DNA of 64,000 bases, from NCBI RefSeq assembly GCF_006345805.1, contig NC_043011.1, positions 18,426,464 to 18,490,463 of the forward strand, in the 5' to 3' direction. Shown here piece after piece: positions 41,063-59,994 of the stretch; position 1 is the stretch's first letter, and each line of letters opens with the position of its first letter. The stretch is from Octopus sinensis. Taxonomy: Eukaryota. The notes under the pieces were generated by a model. That model made no database searches. It saw nothing but the letters and a program-made list of their open reading frames with translations, and was not told the origin of the DNA. Position numbers and translations under genes: made by a program.

Positions 41063-42454
41063 TCAACAATAAATTGTTCCCTATATAATGGCTTTCATGG
41101 TAAAATACGAATGGTAAGTACTCATTCTTAAAATAATTACGAATATATCTCTCACAGCCAGGAAACATTTTTGCGTATACAACATCATTAGTAGATCCTA
41201 CATATATTCACATGTACTTCATTGTGGAATTCATCTTGAATCTAAGAATGAAAAGCATATGTATTCTTTACTTCTGAAAGAAAATCCATTCATGTTGAAG
41301 ATGTAAGCGGAGTAAATTATATATCGACAATATATGTAAGCGTTACTGAAACCATTAAATGTAAAATGCTCTCTTACGTTTCTCCAGCTGTGGTTATAAA
41401 GTAATGCAACGAAGTGCTGAGATTATTTACCCGAGAAACTTTGCATCTACTCCACAATGACCATAGAAAACAAGGTGAAAAGGTGCATTTACGTGATCGT
41501 GCAGCCTGCAAATGTTAGCAGTTAAATATGCTTAAACATCATGCATAAGAATCAACCTTAAAGGATAAAAGTACATTAAACGGTACATGCAATGTTATAC
41601 TGCAAAAGTTCATGTTTGGTCATGCCTAGATTTCTTAGAGAGCACAGGTATCATTTTTTTAAACGTTCCTGGACAAATATACTTCAAGAATTAACAACAT
41701 ATATTCTTTCATTGTGATAGATTGTACATAATATTTTAACAAAATTTTAAAATAATCGTTTGCTTTAGAACTTTATTTCTGCAGTGCTTACAGGTTATAT
41801 TGTAGCATTTCCAACTTACCAGCAACTCGACATCTAATATACTAACACTCATTTCTCCCGGGAGATGTGCATGTAAAACACAAGTGCTGCCTCTGTGTAT
41901 GCGTGTATATGTGTGTGTGTGTCCTATTGTAAGAGGTGAATTTGTGGATATCAGCAATTGCGAACTTGCAGTTGCAATAACTACAACTTTGGTCGTGCAT
42001 TTTAATACTGTAAACATAATACGATATATACACTCGGTCAATACGGGATTTCACAAGTAAATCGTTCTATTCAGATGATTGAATACACGTGAAAGCAGAA
42101 AATTATTTGCGCGGACAATTGAGAAGTTTATGAAAAAGAAATCATCATAGAAATATTTAAATATCCCGTACGATATAGGCGGCTATGTTATTTGTACTTG
42201 TATAGAATTATATACTGATATTTATCATAAATCTTCAAAGTAATATTTAACATTGTGCGACTACAGGTACATGATACAAAAGAGCTCAATATGAAGATTG
42301 TGAAACGAATGGGGATATATAACATTGTGCAATGCCTATATGTATTTGTTTTGCAAACTTCTTCATCTGAATTCATGTGTTAAAACATGATGGCCATATT
42401 TTCCCACACAGACGCACTGCATGTATGGTCAGCATGTCAGCTTTATCATTATTG

Positions 42455-42455
42455 C

Positions 42456-42517
<62 letters not shown>

Positions 42518-42705
42518 ATTATTATTATTATTATTATTGGTAGTAGTAGTAGTAGTAGTAGTAATAGTAGTAGTAATAGTAGTAGTAGTAGTAGTAGTAG
42601 TAGGAGGAGGAGTAATAGTAGTAGTAGTAGTAGTAGTAGCAGTAGTAGCAGCAGCAACAGCAGCAGCAGCAGCTGTAGTAGTAGTAGCAGTAGTAGTAGT
42701 AGAAA
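42455..42705. repeat. Compound (ATT)n/(TAG)n/(CAG)n
   Basis: Read directly. Confidence 0.97.
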
Positions 42706-45700
42706 TAAATGAGTGAAGAACAAATATATAGTGCGTGTGTGTATTTGACAAAATAACATTCCGAAATACAAAATATGTGTGTATGTGTATAAGTATGTAT
42801 GTATAAATGTATGTATGTATGCGTGTGTGTGTATGTTTGTACAAATACTAATTTGTAAAATTCTCGTGTTTGGACACATCCCAAATTTCACTTTCGTAGA
42901 ACTGTATTAAATACACATATAAATGTTTTGATGTGAAACGTCAAATTTCAACTGTATAATTGCCATTAACGTATTGACAATTTCTCCATGCATCTGGCAT
43001 AGGCAATGGATTTGAATCGTTTGTAAGAGTAACAGTTATATATTTATATAAAAAAAACTTAATCATTTTCATAGTGTTATATTTCACTTGAAAGGATAAC
43101 TTCTCATAAAACTAAGTTGAAATGGTGTAGACAACTAACATGTGGATTGAGCTATTTTTAAGAGGCGAATGTAGATAACATTAAACTATGTAAATCCTAC
43201 GAATCCTCTTGTGTGACCCAGTGAAACTTGTAGAAATAATCCTTTAGGAGAATTGTAAAATTACGAATCTCCTAAATACTTGTGTTAAAAACGGCAAGGC
43301 ACTAAACATTTAGAAATATACTGTACTAGAACATTTAATTAAATTTCTTGTAGGTTACGGTGACACATAAAAAAAATAGTAACATAACACCGGTGATATA
43401 AATTATTTTCTCTTCCTTTATCTTAACTCTGGTGATCATTGGGAAATAAAGATGTTCTTCAACATTTTACTGACTCCTGCATGTCTAGTGCATAGCGAAA
43501 GACATTTCTTCTTTATTTCATTTTAAAGAATTTACGTAAACCTACATCTAGTGTACTACTATACGGTTAAGTTGATGTGGAATCAAATTTTCTGAGGTAC
43601 CATTTAATTTTTCATGAATCTGTAGTCAGCTACTTGTGATAGCATGATAAAACTGAACCCTTTACAACTGCATTGGATGGTTGTTAGAGTGTGAAAATGA
43701 TTGTTGAAAGAATAAAATAAAGTGATATGTAATTCTACAAACTGAAGTTGCGGAATTATTTTGAATATATTAATCATCAGAATGTTTCGCAGTCAATAAA
43801 CTTTATCTAAGATACGGACTTCGTTTTGGTTAAATCTACGCCCGATTATACACAATTATTATACATTGGAAGGTGAAACATTATATTTATGATAGACATG
43901 TTAACAGGTATGCATTTTAGTGATTGATATATAATTGTTTTATTTCATGTTGTCCCTATATAATGTTAACTTGAATTTATTTTTCTAATTACTAGTTGCA
44001 TAGATATAAATGTAAAGTTATCATTTAAATATTGCCAGGTGTGTGTAAACCACTATGTATCATTTCGATTGGCTGCTTCAAGATTGTCACTTGCAAGATT
44101 GTCCGCCCACTGCATGATTAATGTGTTGCCTAGTTTAATCCTCTTTTATTTTCTCTGTGCAAATAGAAAAGGAAAATATATATATCCGTGACAATTTCGA
44201 AAAATTTGTCTTTTGTTTTTGTTTTGTTAGGTTATTTTCGTTTCATTCATTATAGAGATACATTTTTATCTTCTTGTATAATAAAATATATTTCTTGTAT
44301 ATTCAAGTAATATGAATGGATATGCGTAGCTTCATATATATTATATTCAGTGCATAGCTTAATATCATATTGCATAGTAAGAACATTATGCCTTCTAGTT
44401 TGTATCACGCTTTTCCAATGAAAGGTATGGAGCTCGTCCTCAAAGACTCAAAGAATACAGCGTGTAACATGTTAATCTAATATGGAAACCACAGAAATTT
44501 GTTGCTATATAACACTGCCCTTCCAAAGACAGGCGAATTGTCCTTGGTATAGTAGCAATACATTGATATTGTAGGGAGATAAACATTCATGCCAATAGAG
44601 GAACGCTCGTTAATCTATTGTTTGGATTAGGCATTTAATTCTACATGATGATATTACAGTGGTTTGCGTTTGTATTTAAAAAAACTTTGATGCGTGAAGA
44701 ACAAATATCACCACAAGTGCAATATAGTTTCTTTGTTTTTCTATTCGCAATAGATTATAATCAAACAATTACTTATTCTTCTCGACTTGGTTTCTATCAT
44801 CAATAATAAACTCGTATCTTAGGTCTTTACTCAACATTTTGGGACAGATTATATAATAACATTGATACTCTAGTATATTCTTACGCGTTCGATTTCAAAC
44901 GCATTTTTTTGTAAGTAATCAACTCATTCGCACCACCTTACCTTCTTGACACCTAATATACATGTTTGTCCAATGAAGCAGCTGCTTCTTCATTTTCCCC
45001 ATATCTTACTTTAAGCGTTGGTATTAAGGTTCAGTTTTGAGAATATAATGTATAGAAATTAATGATATGACACATATATTATACATGAGAGAACGAACAT
45101 ATGATTAATTCATCTCCCGAATTATAAAGAAAGAAAACTCGCCGACAGCTATCCATGAAAGATCAATGCTCATTTTATGTATATGTCAATATTTTAACAA
45201 TTTATCTAGATCTTATGCAAGAGAGATTTACTTTCTACTTAAATATATTTGAATGAATGTAGAGAATACAAAAAATAACATGATATTCGAAGGAAATGAA
45301 ATGGTATTATTGTTTTTAAAAAAATATTATTGCTTAGAATCAATAGAATTTCAATAATCCAGGATAAAAACTGTTGGACAAATAATTGAAATGAAATAAT
45401 CTATGGGTTTTCGCAGTTCAATACTCACCGAAATGTCAACTCACGGTCACACTGCCCCTTTTTTTTATATAACCCCAATTATATTATATGGAAAATATCC
45501 TTCGAATCTCGTTCTTCAGTGTTATCGCACTTAAGTTTTTTCCGTCGGTTATGTTTCCAATCAAACATAACTACCAATAATATACCGTCGCTTCAATCGG
45601 AGGAACAAAACTGCATTTTGAATTATAGTTCATCTTATGTTCTAGAGCATTGGCATTGAGTCTTTGCTGCATGCAATAGATTATCTGAAAGGTCAGTGCG

Positions 45701-46819
45701 CATTATCACAATGTCCCGTAAATGAAAGGTATATTTTACCTCCTATAACTATTAAGATGCTGAAGAACGTAGGATATGCATAAAAAAACAGAAATTAAAC
45801 GTGTGGATCGATCATTAATATGGACTTAGCTCACAGATTCATTCATATTCTAATAGCACGTGACCAACGTCCACTTTTCCTCTCAATAATGCTTGTGTTT
45901 GCGAAGGTTTCACGAATGTCTTTATGTCTTACAATATTGGATAAGTTTGGATTCAAACGAAGCAGCTAAATTTATCCAAACTTTGCCAAGGCATCAACAT
46001 CTACCATGTTGCTACACTTGGAAATAATTTATTAACAACGTTTAGAATACTATTAATTTTTTTAAATCATTGAATTCTATGTATAAACTGACAAGAGGTA
46101 CTCAACACCGAGGGCGGTCCTCTTGCTTATTGAAATTTAAAATTCATGATTTCAGATTTACTATATCTTGGACTATACAACACATATGTGGTTTTTGATG
46201 GAGATGATGATTTATTTGAGGATGTATTAACATTTTTCTGAAAATAAGAAGATGAATAACATTTTTTCAATGACGCGTTCCAACCCTTTAACATATACAG
46301 AGAGGCACTACTCCCGACACATTTTCATCATATCATATCAAACGTTACTTCCCACGTTCTTAAATTACTTCAGAAATATATCCCAATATTCATTAGAAAA
46401 TATCGAACCTTTAACGCCCTTTCTGCCGACAAGCAACTCTTGGTGCATTCCAGATTAGAGTACACTAGACCGATGTGTTTAAACAGGATTGTAAGCTTTC
46501 ACATTTTTAAGTTTTAATATTTTCATATTTCGTAATCAGGATTTACTGAACTGAAGACGGAAAAGAACAACTCTTAATTTCCAATTAGCTATAACAACAA
46601 CAAAAATACGACAAAGTGATATCGACGTGACACACAACAAAATAGCATTTTATTTAATATTTCATTGCTATAACAGCAACATCTGTGAAACAACAGTACT
46701 AATACATAACGAATAAGGAATTATGATAATTAACATGCTTCTAGCTGCGAGACAGCAGAATATTTATACATAACGGAGAGTAAAAGAGAGAGACTAAAGT
46801 CAATATGCCTCGATCAGTT

Positions 46820-46980
46820 TGTCCATTCTTACGTTCTGAGTTCAAATTCCGCAAAAGACAAGTTTCGCTTTCTCCCTTTAGGAGCCGATAAAATAAGTAC
46901 CATTTACGCACTAGGACTGACGTTAATGACCTACCCCGCTTCCTCGAACTTAAGGGCCTTGTGCCAAAATTTGAAATCAA
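46820..46980 (+). mobile_element. SINE, 5'-degenerate
   Basis: ttacgttctgagttcaaattccgc...gccgataaaataagtacca.ttacgcact...cttgtgccaaaatttgaaatcaat. Confidence 0.8.
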
Positions 46981-47509
46981 TATTTAACGATTCTACTAGA
47001 ACAATAAGAATATGATGAGAAAATTACTGTATACGTAGTTGTTCCTGATGAGACTGTCGATCGTGACAATGCAGTTACTGTTGCTGCTGTTGTAGATGTT
47101 TCTGTTGTTGTTGTTGTTGCTGTTGTTGTTGATTATGATGATGATGAGGAGGAGGAGGGAGGATGCTGGTGGTGGTTGCGGTACTAGTGTCGACGGTGAA
47201 GGTGACGGCTGCGGCTGAAATGGTGGTGTGGGTGGTAGTTTCCGCAGGAGTAGTAATGTTGACCGAGAATAAGACTTCGAAATCGAGATTCTTACATCTT
47301 ACTAAGTAAACCAATTTTTCCTCACTGCTCTAAAACGTAAGCTATTTTACATTCATGATATGTTGTGTACCATTTGAATTTAGTTCCCCATTAGTATTGT
47401 ATAATAAAGAAACATCTTTGCATTTCTATGTCCTCCTTTCTCACATTGTTTCTGCATATTGAAACATAACACGCACATTCATGCATAATTTTAAATACAC
47501 ATACAGATG

Positions 47510-47601
47510 TCTTTATATATATATATGTATATACGTATTAGATATGGATGTATATAACCACACACACACACACACACACTACACACACATATATACAAGC
47601 G

Positions 47602-47650
<49 letters not shown>
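47510..47650. repeat. (TA)n/(CA)n microsatellite
   Basis: Read directly. Confidence 0.9.
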
Positions 47651-47653
<3 letters not shown>

Positions 47654-48879
47654 CGTAGGCAAATGTACGAGCGCACGCGAACACAAATACACACACACGT
47701 ATCTGCATATCTACGTGTATTGAAAATGAACGGAAAAGTCATAAATTTAAAATCCTTTAAGGTAAAAATGTATATTTATAGATTATTTAATGTTAAGGCT
47801 TAAAGACTCTTAAAAAAATCTTTTATTCCCCCCATAGCCAAGAGTAATGATTTCCCTTTTGATTTTCTTCTCAACTAGTATATTCTTTCATGGAACAGAT
47901 GTTATCGACATAAACTATATTCATCAAAGGAGAAATTTTCTGTTAGAAGCTATACTTTTTAGCAAGCAAGAAATGAGAATCCAAAATCTTGTGGGAATAA
48001 AGTTTTATATAATAACGCGTTGCCTACAGAAAACGTTATTGATTACATTTTCAATTTCTTGATCACTATTATGATATTGCTTTCGTTTGCCAACGACACA
48101 CATGATAAAGTTTTGCTTATAGCAATAGGAAGGAGAATATGAATATAGTAAAATGTACCAAGTGATACACGACCATATTCATTGGTGATGCATGTTTAGT
48201 AAACAATGGAGAGATGTGTTGGAATTCTTATAGAGTAGATCTATACTCATATGCGTCAGCTATTTTTGTGACATGCTTTATGTTGTCAGAGATCAAATGA
48301 GACAACTGTTTTCAATGTGCCATACATTTGCGTGTAAGGTGTTAAGGGAGTATTTTCAGAAGAAATTATCCAACTGGAAAAAAAACGTTTGTATCTTTTA
48401 ATGTATAGAAATGTTACATAAATGACATTTAATTTAATGCAAACCGGACGATCAAAGCCATAGTTGATATCAGAGGGATTTCCCTACAGAATGCTAAGAG
48501 GCTGCAAATACACCGCTTTGAAACCTATTTGATGCGCTAAAAATTCTGTCAAAGCAAAAATTTAAAAGAATAAATAATAACGATATAGGTGTTGATTTCA
48601 TAATAAATGACTAATCACTAATAGTTTTCGATTGAGGGCATTACAAGAAGATCCCTTAATATGTGGGTTTATATAAATGCATGTATATTTACTCAACTTC
48701 TACAATCTATACAAAAATAATTTCCCCAAAGGTGTGTAAAGACTTCAGAGTTGGGCGAGAAACACCAGAAAAAACACATTCTCCCTCAAAACTACAGCAG
48801 GCCTCGTGGACGTTTTTTTTATTTGTGAATAGGAATCACGTTCAATGATATATATGTATTTCGATGTATACCTTTCATT

Positions 48880-49940
48880 TCTTCTTTGTTGGTGGCATTT
48901 CTGGCAGTACTTTTTTCTTTTGTCTTTGTTTTTATTTTTCAAGTACGAGATTTCCAGCTGTTTCCGTGGTGGTTCTTAATTGTGATAATAATGTCTGTGA
49001 TTGTGAATAGGGTGTTGATAATATTGTTATTATCTTCTTGATGGTGTCGGCGTGTCGCTTATGGAAGTTGATTCGTCTGTACGAATACTTATAAGGTAGT
49101 GTGTAATATTTTTTGGTTATACCTTTGATTTTTTGTTATATTTTTGGTGGATCTCGAAGGTGGTATTTCTTTTATTGTTACTGTTACTTTTGATCGCAGT
49201 TGTATTTTTTATTGAAGTTGCTGTTTATTCGGTGGATGTCTGAACCACTATTGATGTTGCTGTAACGTTACCTGTTCCGGCCGCACTGTGCCTCTGGTGC
49301 TGTTCCAGCTTTCACTGTTCGTGCTGTTTCTGATGTTGTTATACTTTGATAGGTATCGGCAAACGTAAGTACCTCGCATCTTCATTTAGCCGTTGCAGAT
49401 AGAAGTACATGCAGTAGATTGAGTCATTATACCCGGGTGACATTGCCTTTGTTAACGTCCACGCACTGTTTTGAGCTGTGTGACTGATACATTAGTTGCT
49501 GAACGTATTCCATGCATTCGACAAGCATTAGTGTTATAGGCACTATTCCCTGCCTCGACTAATGTTGTGTGGACCTGTACAATACTGCCAACAAAGACAT
49601 CCGCTAGAAACACGCTCATGACAACTATTGGTGTACATCGAATATTCTAATTTTTACAATTCTGCAGGAAAAATAGATAGGTTTGAGGGCCAGTTCGTTC
49701 CAGCTTTGTGTTTTTGTGGTGTTGTTTTCCTTTATAAAGAATCTCACATTTACTTCACGGAACGTTTTAAACTGGTGACGTATGTTTTGGTGCTTCAGTC
49801 GGTTCTAAATTGCCTCTTTGTCACAAGTTATTTTGACATACATTTTGTTTCCAAAATTTTGAGGTGTAAGTATTTCTGAATTCATTCTGTTATATTTCAT
49901 GTAACATTTCACCGAAACCTATTCAGTAGGTTTTTCACAT
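48880..49940 (-). mobile_element. Probable decayed LINE ORF1 remnant (L1/Tx1-like)
   Basis: Minus strand gives PIYFSCRIVKIRIFDV...LLAVL followed by a T/K/P-rich tail similar in character to 9480-9790; many stops. Confidence 0.4.
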
Positions 49941-50214
49941 TAGTTTGCAAAAGAAATCACTTCCTTAAAAACCTCCTTCGTCCAACCGGATGAATATGGC
50001 ATACCTGACCATATAAGCCTTGCAAGCTATTGATGCTAAATTGTTTGTATTCGTTTCACATGTGGTTAAAGGGCAATAGAGTTTTTGGTTTTTAAATTCT
50101 TTGTTTTATTTTAGTTTATATTCTTATGTTCGTTGTTGTTGATGAGGTTGCAGTTGTAAGTCCAGCTAGCACTAGTTGTAGCAGCGGTTGTGATGGTGGT
50201 GGTATTTTGTTTTA

Positions 50215-50520
50215 TAGATGGGAAGCTATTGAGGATGGAGCTCCTATAATATTTGGTGACAATCCCTTGGAATTTTGCCGAAAAATTGGGGAAAGTAGAT
50301 TCTTCCCAATGCTACAGAAATGGGAAAATATAATTAAAAAATCCCAAACTCCGAGCATAGTGGCAAAAATGCAAGATGCTATTCACCACCATTCTGTACA
50401 GGACGACGGGACAAAACATTGTACGCAAGCATTGCAAAGAAGCTTAAACTACAACAAATCATAAGAATGAATGGATGCGAAGGTGTGGATGTCTTCGTCA
50501 CAATGCCATGACTACAACAA
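50215..50520 (+). mobile_element. Possible decayed RT N-terminal fragment (RTE-like)
   Basis: Weak motif order ending RCGCLRHN (QCGFR-like); low confidence. Confidence 0.3.
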
Positions 50521-50534
50521 CAAATATTTCTAAG

Positions 50535-50535
50535 G

Positions 50536-50602
<67 letters not shown>

Positions 50603-50623
50603 TAATAATAATAATAATAATAA
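50535..50623. repeat. (AAT)n microsatellite
   Basis: Read directly. Confidence 0.97.
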
Positions 50624-50689
50624 TACTCTCTATGTAATCCCAAGGTTTAAAAGAAATATTTTTTTTTCTTTATGTATTAGACATTCACT

Positions 50690-50995
<306 letters not shown>

Positions 50996-51019
50996 AATTT
51001 TTCTTTGAATGAAGCTGCT

Positions 51020-51950
51020 GTGACTGCAATAATTATCTTACTCTTTTTTGCCTACTTCCTACTGGTCATTTGCTTTATTTCTTTATTATTTATTTCGTCT
51101 CCGTCCAGTATTCCTACTTACTTATACCACTGGTCTTCCTCAACGGATCTCATCGTTTGCTCATTTGTCATTTCAATTCCCTTGCTTCCTTCGAATCTTC
51201 CTCGTTTCATTTTCAATATAACGCACTTTTCTATCCCAAATTCTATACCTATGTCATTTGAGAAAATGCGGATCGTATGTAGAAGACTTTCAAGCTGTTT
51301 TTCATTTTTCGCATAGACTTTTATATCATCTATAGAATGATGCTTTATCTGGCCGTTTCCTTTTCTAAAAGCTATTTTAACGTTCCGTAGTGTCTTAGCG
51401 ACCGGTGTCATGGGCAACAGAAATAGCAATGGAGTTAAGCTATCACCTTTGAATATTCCAAGACTGACCTTCACCCCTCCTAGATTCTGTTTTCCTGCGA
51501 TCAATTCAGTATCCCAATGTTTCACACTTTCATTAAGTATTTTCTCCATGTTTTTGCTGTTCCAAACATGCTCATTGTTTTAACTTTGCAACTATGTTGT
51601 ACCATGTAGTACGCCTTTTTGTGATCCACCCATGCTATTGTCAGTTCCATCAATCTACATTTAAAATTGCCAATTATCATTTCATTAATTAGTAAGTGAT
51701 GTTTTGTTTCTATTCCGGTGTTCTGCCTAATACATAGTAACAGGCGTATATTTCTTCTGTACACTATTCTCAGGTCCATTTTATCCTCTTAACGTTTCTC
51801 TCTGTAGTGGGTATAGTGGTGAACTTGGAGGACTCGAGTCGGTGCAGTTCCCGTTTAAGCGACCATCCAGTTTCGTATTCAAAGAAGTTTTTTTTGCCTG
51901 TAGAGGACTTTTCGCTCCCAGACTGTCTCTCTCCTGCGGGACGCACTTCC
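51020..51950 (-). mobile_element. R4/Dong-like RT fragment (copy D)
   Basis: LLINEMI..IAWVDHKKAY, GIFKGDSLTPLLF, IDDIKVYAKNEKQLESLL, FGIEKC, WYKYLGI. Confidence 0.9.
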
Positions 51951-51955
51951 AGCTT

Positions 51956-52171
51956 TAAAGTTTTTAAAGCTGATCGTTTGTGTATTCTAAAACTGTAGAC
52001 GTATAAGTTTATAAACTTATTTTGAGAAAAAATGTAAAATTGTCCCAGGAAATTGCACATATTGCAGGCTTTGAGAGTTGTCCTGCTTGGTTATATTAGT
52101 GTTTCTGTGGTTTTGGCTGCTGAATGACCAGAGCAGCGAAGAACACATCCAGCCGCTGTCAACTCTGGCGC
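51956..52171 (-). mobile_element. Fragment of element Y (homologous to 59034-59270)
   Basis: Colinear match from taaagtttttaaagctgatcg to ccagccgctgtcaa..ctggcgc. Confidence 0.85.
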
Positions 52172-52214
52172 TATTCATCTGGTAGTATAATTTAGTATTA
52201 TTATTATCATTATT

Positions 52215-57240
<5,026 letters not shown>

Positions 57241-57289
57241 ATCATTGCCGTTACAATTATAATCGTACCATTATAGCAGCCGTAGTCGG

Positions 57290-57460
57290 CTTATTATTGT
57301 TATTATCATCACCATTATTATCACTATCATCATTATCACCACTATTACCATCATCATTATCATCATCACCATCACCATCATCATCATCATCAATGATATT
57401 GTTTTATGTGTAGTCACAGCAGTATCTTATTATTGTTATTTTTGTTTTTATCATTATCAC
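57290..57460. repeat. Degenerate (ATC/ATT)n tract at the 5' junction of copy E
   Basis: Read directly. Confidence 0.85.
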
Positions 57461-57705
57461 CATCACAGTAGTGTCTGACTGTCTCGTTGGCTGGCTTGGT
57501 GGTTGGCTGGCTGACTGTCTTCAACGCCAGAGTTCTTGCCTGTCAAATAATACTTTCATATTTGGTTAACAATAGAGCCGAGGTGAGGTTTGTGTTGGTT
57601 GAACTCTTTGAGTGTGTGTATGTGTGTGTAGATAGATAGATAGATTATCAGCACTATTGCTATCATTATTATCATCATCACCATCATCAACATCACCATC
57701 AGTGA

Positions 57706-59270
57706 TTTTTTTTTTTTATTTAGGTGGGGTCCTATCGGTCAAAAAAAGTTCAAATGTTTACTACTATTAGCCTTAAGAAAAATTAAGGAAGGGCTGTTCT
57801 GTATTGTTTGTGAATAGAGAGAATCTTAGCATCATTATTTTTTTTCCATGTGCGTTTGTGTTATTGCAATAAAAAGTGTTTGTATATTTCGTGTAAGGTA
57901 ATATTTTGGAGGTTGAAGTTTACTTTTCTAGAGATGTTTGTATGTCCAGTTAGAAGAACAGGTGTGTTTTTGCAATAAAAAGTATATGTTTACATTTATA
58001 TTTGAATATTCAGGGAGGAAGCAAAGAGAAGTCAGATTTTCATAGAAAGTTTTAGGGTTTTGTAAGTCCACAAAAAGAAAAGCGTGATGTTTTTAGAGAG
58101 AAGAAAAAAAAGGATGTTTACAGAGGCAATTGTGGGTATTAAAGTTTTTAAAGCTGGTCGAATGTATGATTGAAAACTGTAGGTATGTAAATTTGTAAAT
58201 TTCTTAACTTATTTTGAAGGGCTGTTCTGTATTATTTGTGAATAGAGAAGTTGTGTTCGACCAGAGAGAATCTTAGCATCATTATTTTTTCCATGTGCGT
58301 TTGTGTTATTGCAATAAAAAGTGTTTGTATATTTCGTGTAAGGTAATATTTTGGAGGTTGAAGTTTACTTTTCTAGAGATGTTTGTATGTCCAGTTAGAA
58401 GAACAGGTGTGTTTTTGCAATAAAAAGTATATGTTTACATTTATATTTGAATATTCAGGGAGGAAGCAAAGAGAAGTCAGATTTTCATAGAAAGTTTTAG
58501 GGTTTTGTAAGTCCACAAAAAGAAAAGCGTGATGTTTTTAGAGAGAAGAAAAAAAAAGGATGTTTACAGAGGCAATTGTGGGTATTAAAGTTTTTAAAGC
58601 TGGTCGAATGTATGATTGAAAACTGTAGATATGTAAATTTGTAATTTTCTTAACTTATTTTGAAGGGCTGTTCTGTATTATTTGTGAATAGAGAAGTTGT
58701 GTTCGACCAGAGAGAATCTTAGCATCATTATTTTTTTTCCATGTGCGTTTGTGTTATTGCAATAAAAAGTGTTTGTATATTTCGTGTAAAGTAATATTGT
58801 GGAGGTTGAAGTTTACTTTTCTAGAGATGTTTGTATGTCCAGTTAGAAGAACAGGTGTGTTTTTGCAATAAAAAGTATATGTTTACATTTATATTTGAAT
58901 ATTCAGGGAGGAAGCAAAGAAAAGTCAGATTTTCATAGAAAGTTTTAGGGTTTTGTAAGTCCACAAAATGTAAAGCGTGATGTTTTTAGAGAGAAGAAAA
59001 AAAAAGGATGTTTACAGAGGCAGTTGTGGGTATTAAAGTTTTTAAAGCTGATCGGATATATGTTTGAAAGCAGTAGATATGTAAATTTGTAAATTTCTTA
59101 ATTTATTTTGAAGAGAATTTTAAATACTCACGAGGTATTGTAGATGTTCCAGTCTTTGAGAGTTATTTTTCCCCATTGCTAAACTGGGTCATATTAGTGT
59201 TTCTATGGCTTTCGGCTACTGAATTGTCAGAGCAGTGAGGAATACGTCCAGCCGCTGTCAAGGCTGGCGC
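57706..59270 (-). mobile_element. Element Y: L1-like 3' end with poly(A), internally triplicated
   Basis: Minus strand ends ccccacctaAATAAA(A)n at 57706-57720; the unit encodes decayed YIRPALKT..SFCGLT..ILFIAKTHL, like an L1 ORF2 C-terminus (inference). Confidence 0.55.
57788..59109. repeat. Three-unit tandem repeat (428, 446, 448 bp)
   Basis: Units start gaagggctgttctgtatt at 57788, 58216 and 58662; near-identical. Confidence 0.97.
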
Positions 59271-59278
59271 TCCTCTCC

Positions 59279-59412
<134 letters not shown>

Positions 59413-59905
59413 GAGTGAGGGTGCATGCCATGAAAGTGACACTGGGGTAAAACATACGAAGCCCAGAATACCCATCGTGACTACCCGTACACCAGGCACA
59501 CGCATCACAACCATATGTACGCTACATGGTGACCTCATATCAAGATAAACAGCACATGACCTTACAGGTGGGGCCCAGTTAAAATTTTCTTCCAATCAAG
59601 TAACCCATCCCGCTCAAAAGGTCCCTGAATAAGGGTTGTTTAAGGATTTTAAACGAAACACCCATGTTTCCAGAATTTAATTTATCAACCTCAAAAGAAT
59701 CCCTCTCAACACATGGCTATGGTGCTCCCCCACTACTTCTGCTCGTGATCAGAGATGCACATATCGTCAGCCACTAAGGGACATGCTCAACTGGTTAAGG
59801 CCAAATAACTGAGAAGCAAATCTGTGCTTTTGAGCAGGGTATTTGCTGTAGCCCATCTTTTATACCAAGAAAAACAATGTACGTAACACTTCCAATCAAT
59901 TAAGA
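59413..59905 (-). mobile_element. Unclassified ~490-bp interspersed element X, copy 1
   Basis: Homologous end to end with 59995-60501; abuts (ATT)n; strand assumes (AAT)n is the 3' tail. Confidence 0.75.
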
Positions 59906-59909
59906 AGAG

Positions 59910-59958
<49 letters not shown>

Positions 59959-59994
59959 ATTTATATTGTTGTTGTTATTATTATAATTTTTATT

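Noticed and set aside
45646-45691. 46-nt exon candidate SIGIESLLHAIDYLK
   Set aside because: Too short to distinguish from chance; weaker gtcagt donor; protein not recognised.
47045-47080. CTGATGA followed by a tgtc/gaca hairpin
   Set aside because: No GAAA and no stems I or III; not a hammerhead.
49668-49865. Apparent 198-nt + strand exon (ctgcag ... gtaagt)
   Set aside because: It lies antisense to a probable LINE ORF1 remnant and the peptide looks random.
57788-59109. CRISPR-like array
   Set aside because: Units are ~446 bp with no unique spacers, in a eukaryotic context.
59240-59270. Possible HDV-like ribozyme at the element Y 5' end
   Set aside because: Only ~12 nt lie between candidate P1 strands, too few for P2/P3/L3.
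59690-59800. HDV-like signature (cactaagggac) in element X
   Set aside because: I could not build a consistent P1/P3/L3 nested pseudoknot by eye.
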